In this document: positions 62,216 through 64,000 of the stretch, one piece after another
Layout: each line of letters begins with the position of its first letter
Numbering within the stretch: the stretch's first letter is position 1
Origin: a virus
IMG/VR virus record: IMGVR_UViG_3300045988_180522
Length of the DNA stretch: 64,000 bases
Direction: 5' to 3' (one strand)
Notes under the pieces: generated by a model
Database searches by the model: none
Seen by the model: the letters and a program-made list of their open reading frames with translations, nothing else
What the model was told of the DNA's origin: nothing
Translations under genes and position numbers: made by a program

Positions 62216-62893
62216 TTAATAATATTCCTCAATAGCCTTGAACACGATATTCAGGTCATTCGGGATGGTATCTTCTGAGAACATATCTTCCGGTGTCTTG
62301 GCAGGAATTTCCACTCCATTCAGTCTCATTTTGTGGGTATAGAATTTAAATTCCGGCTTTCCGTCTTTCCCGAATGAAGGGGAGCAATACAGGCAGATGG
62401 CCACTACCTCTAATGGATTATAGTGCTCATCCACCATCCGGCCCACAGTTTTACATTTCTTTCCTACTATGGCCTTGTCATTCACTACGTCATCATCATG
62501 CATCATCATACATACGATGAGGTCCCTGCGTGCATTCTCCACTGTTTCCATAATAGTCTGGAAGTGCAGTGCTATCTCCGTGAATTTCGAGTATCCCACC
62601 ACATTGACTTTCTGGAACAGTTCCTTCTCCATGATGTATCTGGCATCATCAATAATGATATATTTGATGTGCGGGCCTTCATCAGAAATGGTCTGTATAG
62701 TGGATGCTATACTATCCCATGCTGTCAGGTGAAGGAGGTTATCCTTGTCTTCCGAGAAGATTTTCTCCGATCCTCTGAATGGCAGTGGTTTGTTTGTCAC
62801 ATTAATAATTACCGTACTTTCCGGATTGAGGTTCTTTACTGACCGGGTTTTCCCGGACCCTGTAGGACCTACTACAATCATCATTTTTCCCAT
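62216..62893 (-). CDS. P-loop ATPase, AAA_24/Sak4-like
   Basis: Walker A at the N-terminus (IVVGPTGSGKTRS) and Walker B-like YIIIDDARY. It is 225 aa and sits next to the helicase. Confidence 0.5.
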   Translation of the reverse strand: MGKMMIVVGPTGSGKTRSVKNLNPESTVIINVTNKPLPFRGSEKIFSEDKDNLLHLTAWDSIASTIQTISDEGPHIKYIIIDDARYIMEKELFQKVNVVGYSKFTEIALHFQTIMETVENARRDLIVCMMMHDDDVVNDKAIVGKKCKTVGRMVDEHYNPLEVVAICLYCSPSFGKDGKPEFKFYTHKMRLNGVEIPAKTPEDMFSEDTIPNDLNIVFKAIEEYY

Positions 62894-64000
62894 AACTGTT
62901 TTACTTTTTCAGATATTAAAAAACTCATTCTTCTTATTTTATACCATATACTTACCGGTGTTGATTTCCTCATGAAAGACAGCATTCCTGGCATGGAATC
63001 ATGGGCCTCCGCATACCTGTAGAAATCTTCCATTTCCTTTTCCTGAAAGGACTTGGGCATCTCGTCGAAGATGGATACAGCACCGTCGAACAGGAGTGGA
63101 AGTATTTCTCCTGTAGCATCCCCATCCCTGTCTTCAAGGACCTTCACAAACCTGGCATAATTTCTCAGACGTGATATGTCATATCCCTTGTATCCTGACA
63201 GTCCCATCTTAAATGGTGAGTATATCCCGAACAGCATATTCAGGTCCCTGCATATCTCCTTACTGTTACCAAGCCCTGCGGAAGTAGGTTCTCCCTTATT
63301 AAACTTAAAGGAATCCTTATCTTCTACAGACTGGGCCTGATGCTGTATGACAATAAAGGTATAGTTCAGCAGATCCCTTGCTGCAACAATATACTTCGAC
63401 AGCTTGTTTATATTCTGTCTCTCTGTAAACTCCCTTTCAATGGACAGGTTAGCCAGGTTATCTATAATAATTATCTCATAGATATCCTCATTATCAGGTT
63501 TATACCCTATTACTCCTTCCTGTTTCTCAGGATCCCTGAAGATATAATGCCCGTGTGCCAGAGCTCTCTCCTTTATAGCCTTATTGATACCTGTAGGATT
63601 CCTCTGGTCGGTAATATATTCTACTGTCTCCTCCCATTCTTCACATATATGCCTGAACTCATCGGATTCCATTACCTTCATAGCCTCATCCGGGAATCTC
63701 ACTCCTTTTCCCACACTCTTGGCCTGTCTGGGAGAATACCTCATAGATCCTCCTGATATCCTGTACAGGGCATGGCACATAAATTCCAGCATCTTATATG
63801 AAGGGCTCATCTCCAGGGTGAAATACATACAATGTATCTCAGGCCCGTTGTTTTCTATCATATCGAAGAAAGGCTCATACAGGAAGGTATAATCAGTCCA
63901 CTTTGATTTGGCTGATTTCTGGTTCCCCGTAATACCATAATACTTACCCTTCTCCTGGCCCGGGAAACATCCCCTGAATCTTTCATAAGGGAAAACTATA
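62881..64000 (-). CDS. DnaB-like (SF4) replicative helicase, C-terminal part; the gene continues beyond the window end
   Basis: ...GITGNQKSAKSKW...EIHCMYFTLEMSPSYKMLEF (H1a FSLEMS-type), Walker B IIIIDNLANL and FIVIQHQAQSVE (H3-like). Hand translation shows the frame stays open upstream of 63861 through to base 64000. Confidence 0.55.
   Translation of the reverse strand, partial: IVFPYERFRGCFPGQEKGKYYGITGNQKSAKSKWTDYTFLYEPFFDMIENNGPEIHCMYFTLEMSPSYKMLEFMCHALYRISGGSMRYSPRQAKSVGKGVRFPDEAMKVMESDEFRHICEEWEETVEYITDQRNPTGINKAIKERALAHGHYIFRDPEKQEGVIGYKPDNEDIYEIIIIDNLANLSIEREFTERQNINKLSKYIVAARDLLNYTFIVIQHQAQSVEDKDSFKFNKGEPTSAGLGNSKEICRDLNMLFGIYSPFKMGLSGYKGYDISRLRNYARFVKVLEDRDGDATGEILPLLFDGAVSIFDEMPKSFQEKEMEDFYRYAEAHDSMPGMLSFMRKSTPVSIWYKIRRMSFLISEKVKQLWEK

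Noticed and set aside
1-64000. CRISPR arrays, tRNA or rRNA genes
   Set aside because: No regularly spaced direct repeats were seen, and no cloverleaf-like or rRNA-like segments in the few non-coding stretches. These stretches look like promoter or intron sequence. A tRNAscan or Infernal run would be needed to be certain.

Overview
This window is a contiguous piece of a crAss-like (Crassvirales-type) podophage genome. It is AT-rich with ATA/AGA/GGA-heavy codon usage, and TAnnTTTG boxes consistent with a Bacteroidales host. Positions 1..39481 on the + strand form a virion-morphogenesis block: an acidic coiled-coil scaffold-like gene, capsid candidates, Cys-rich small structural proteins, a tail fibre with PF03406-like repeats and large tail proteins. 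The block ends in three contiguous giant ORFs of 2474, 2247 and 1331 aa; the middle one carries a DFDVD two-barrel RNAP catalytic motif, consistent with the virion-packaged RNA polymerase, and the first carries two HExxH motifs. A convergent hairpin at 39491..39513 separates this from a minus-strand block (39514..64000) of small overlapping accessory genes and replication/repair genes. Those include a family A DNA polymerase split into at least three exons by two LAGLIDADG and one HNH homing-endonuclease genes, a membrane-anchored retropepsin-like protease, a PD-(D/E)xK nuclease, a T7 endonuclease I-like resolvase, a family-1 UDG, a DnaG-like primase with a Cys-less zinc-binding domain, an AAA_24/Sak4-like ATPase and a DnaB-like helicase that runs off the window. 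The most unusual content is a tightly overlapping four-gene cassette (56362..59792) encoding an N-terminal ubiquitin-like domain protein, a UBC/E2-like protein, a JAB/MPN+ metallopeptidase and a ThiF/MoeB E1-like enzyme. Also notable are a radical SAM enzyme next to a 45-aa seven-cysteine peptide, a duplicated small-gene family, a G11 homopolymer tract, and a dispersed family of GC-rich CCNGG-containing palindromes in an otherwise AT-rich genome. The supplied ORF track translates several non-ATG codons (GTG/TTG) as M, so a number of start coordinates were revised to the first in-frame ATG. No tRNA, rRNA or CRISPR array was recognised by eye.
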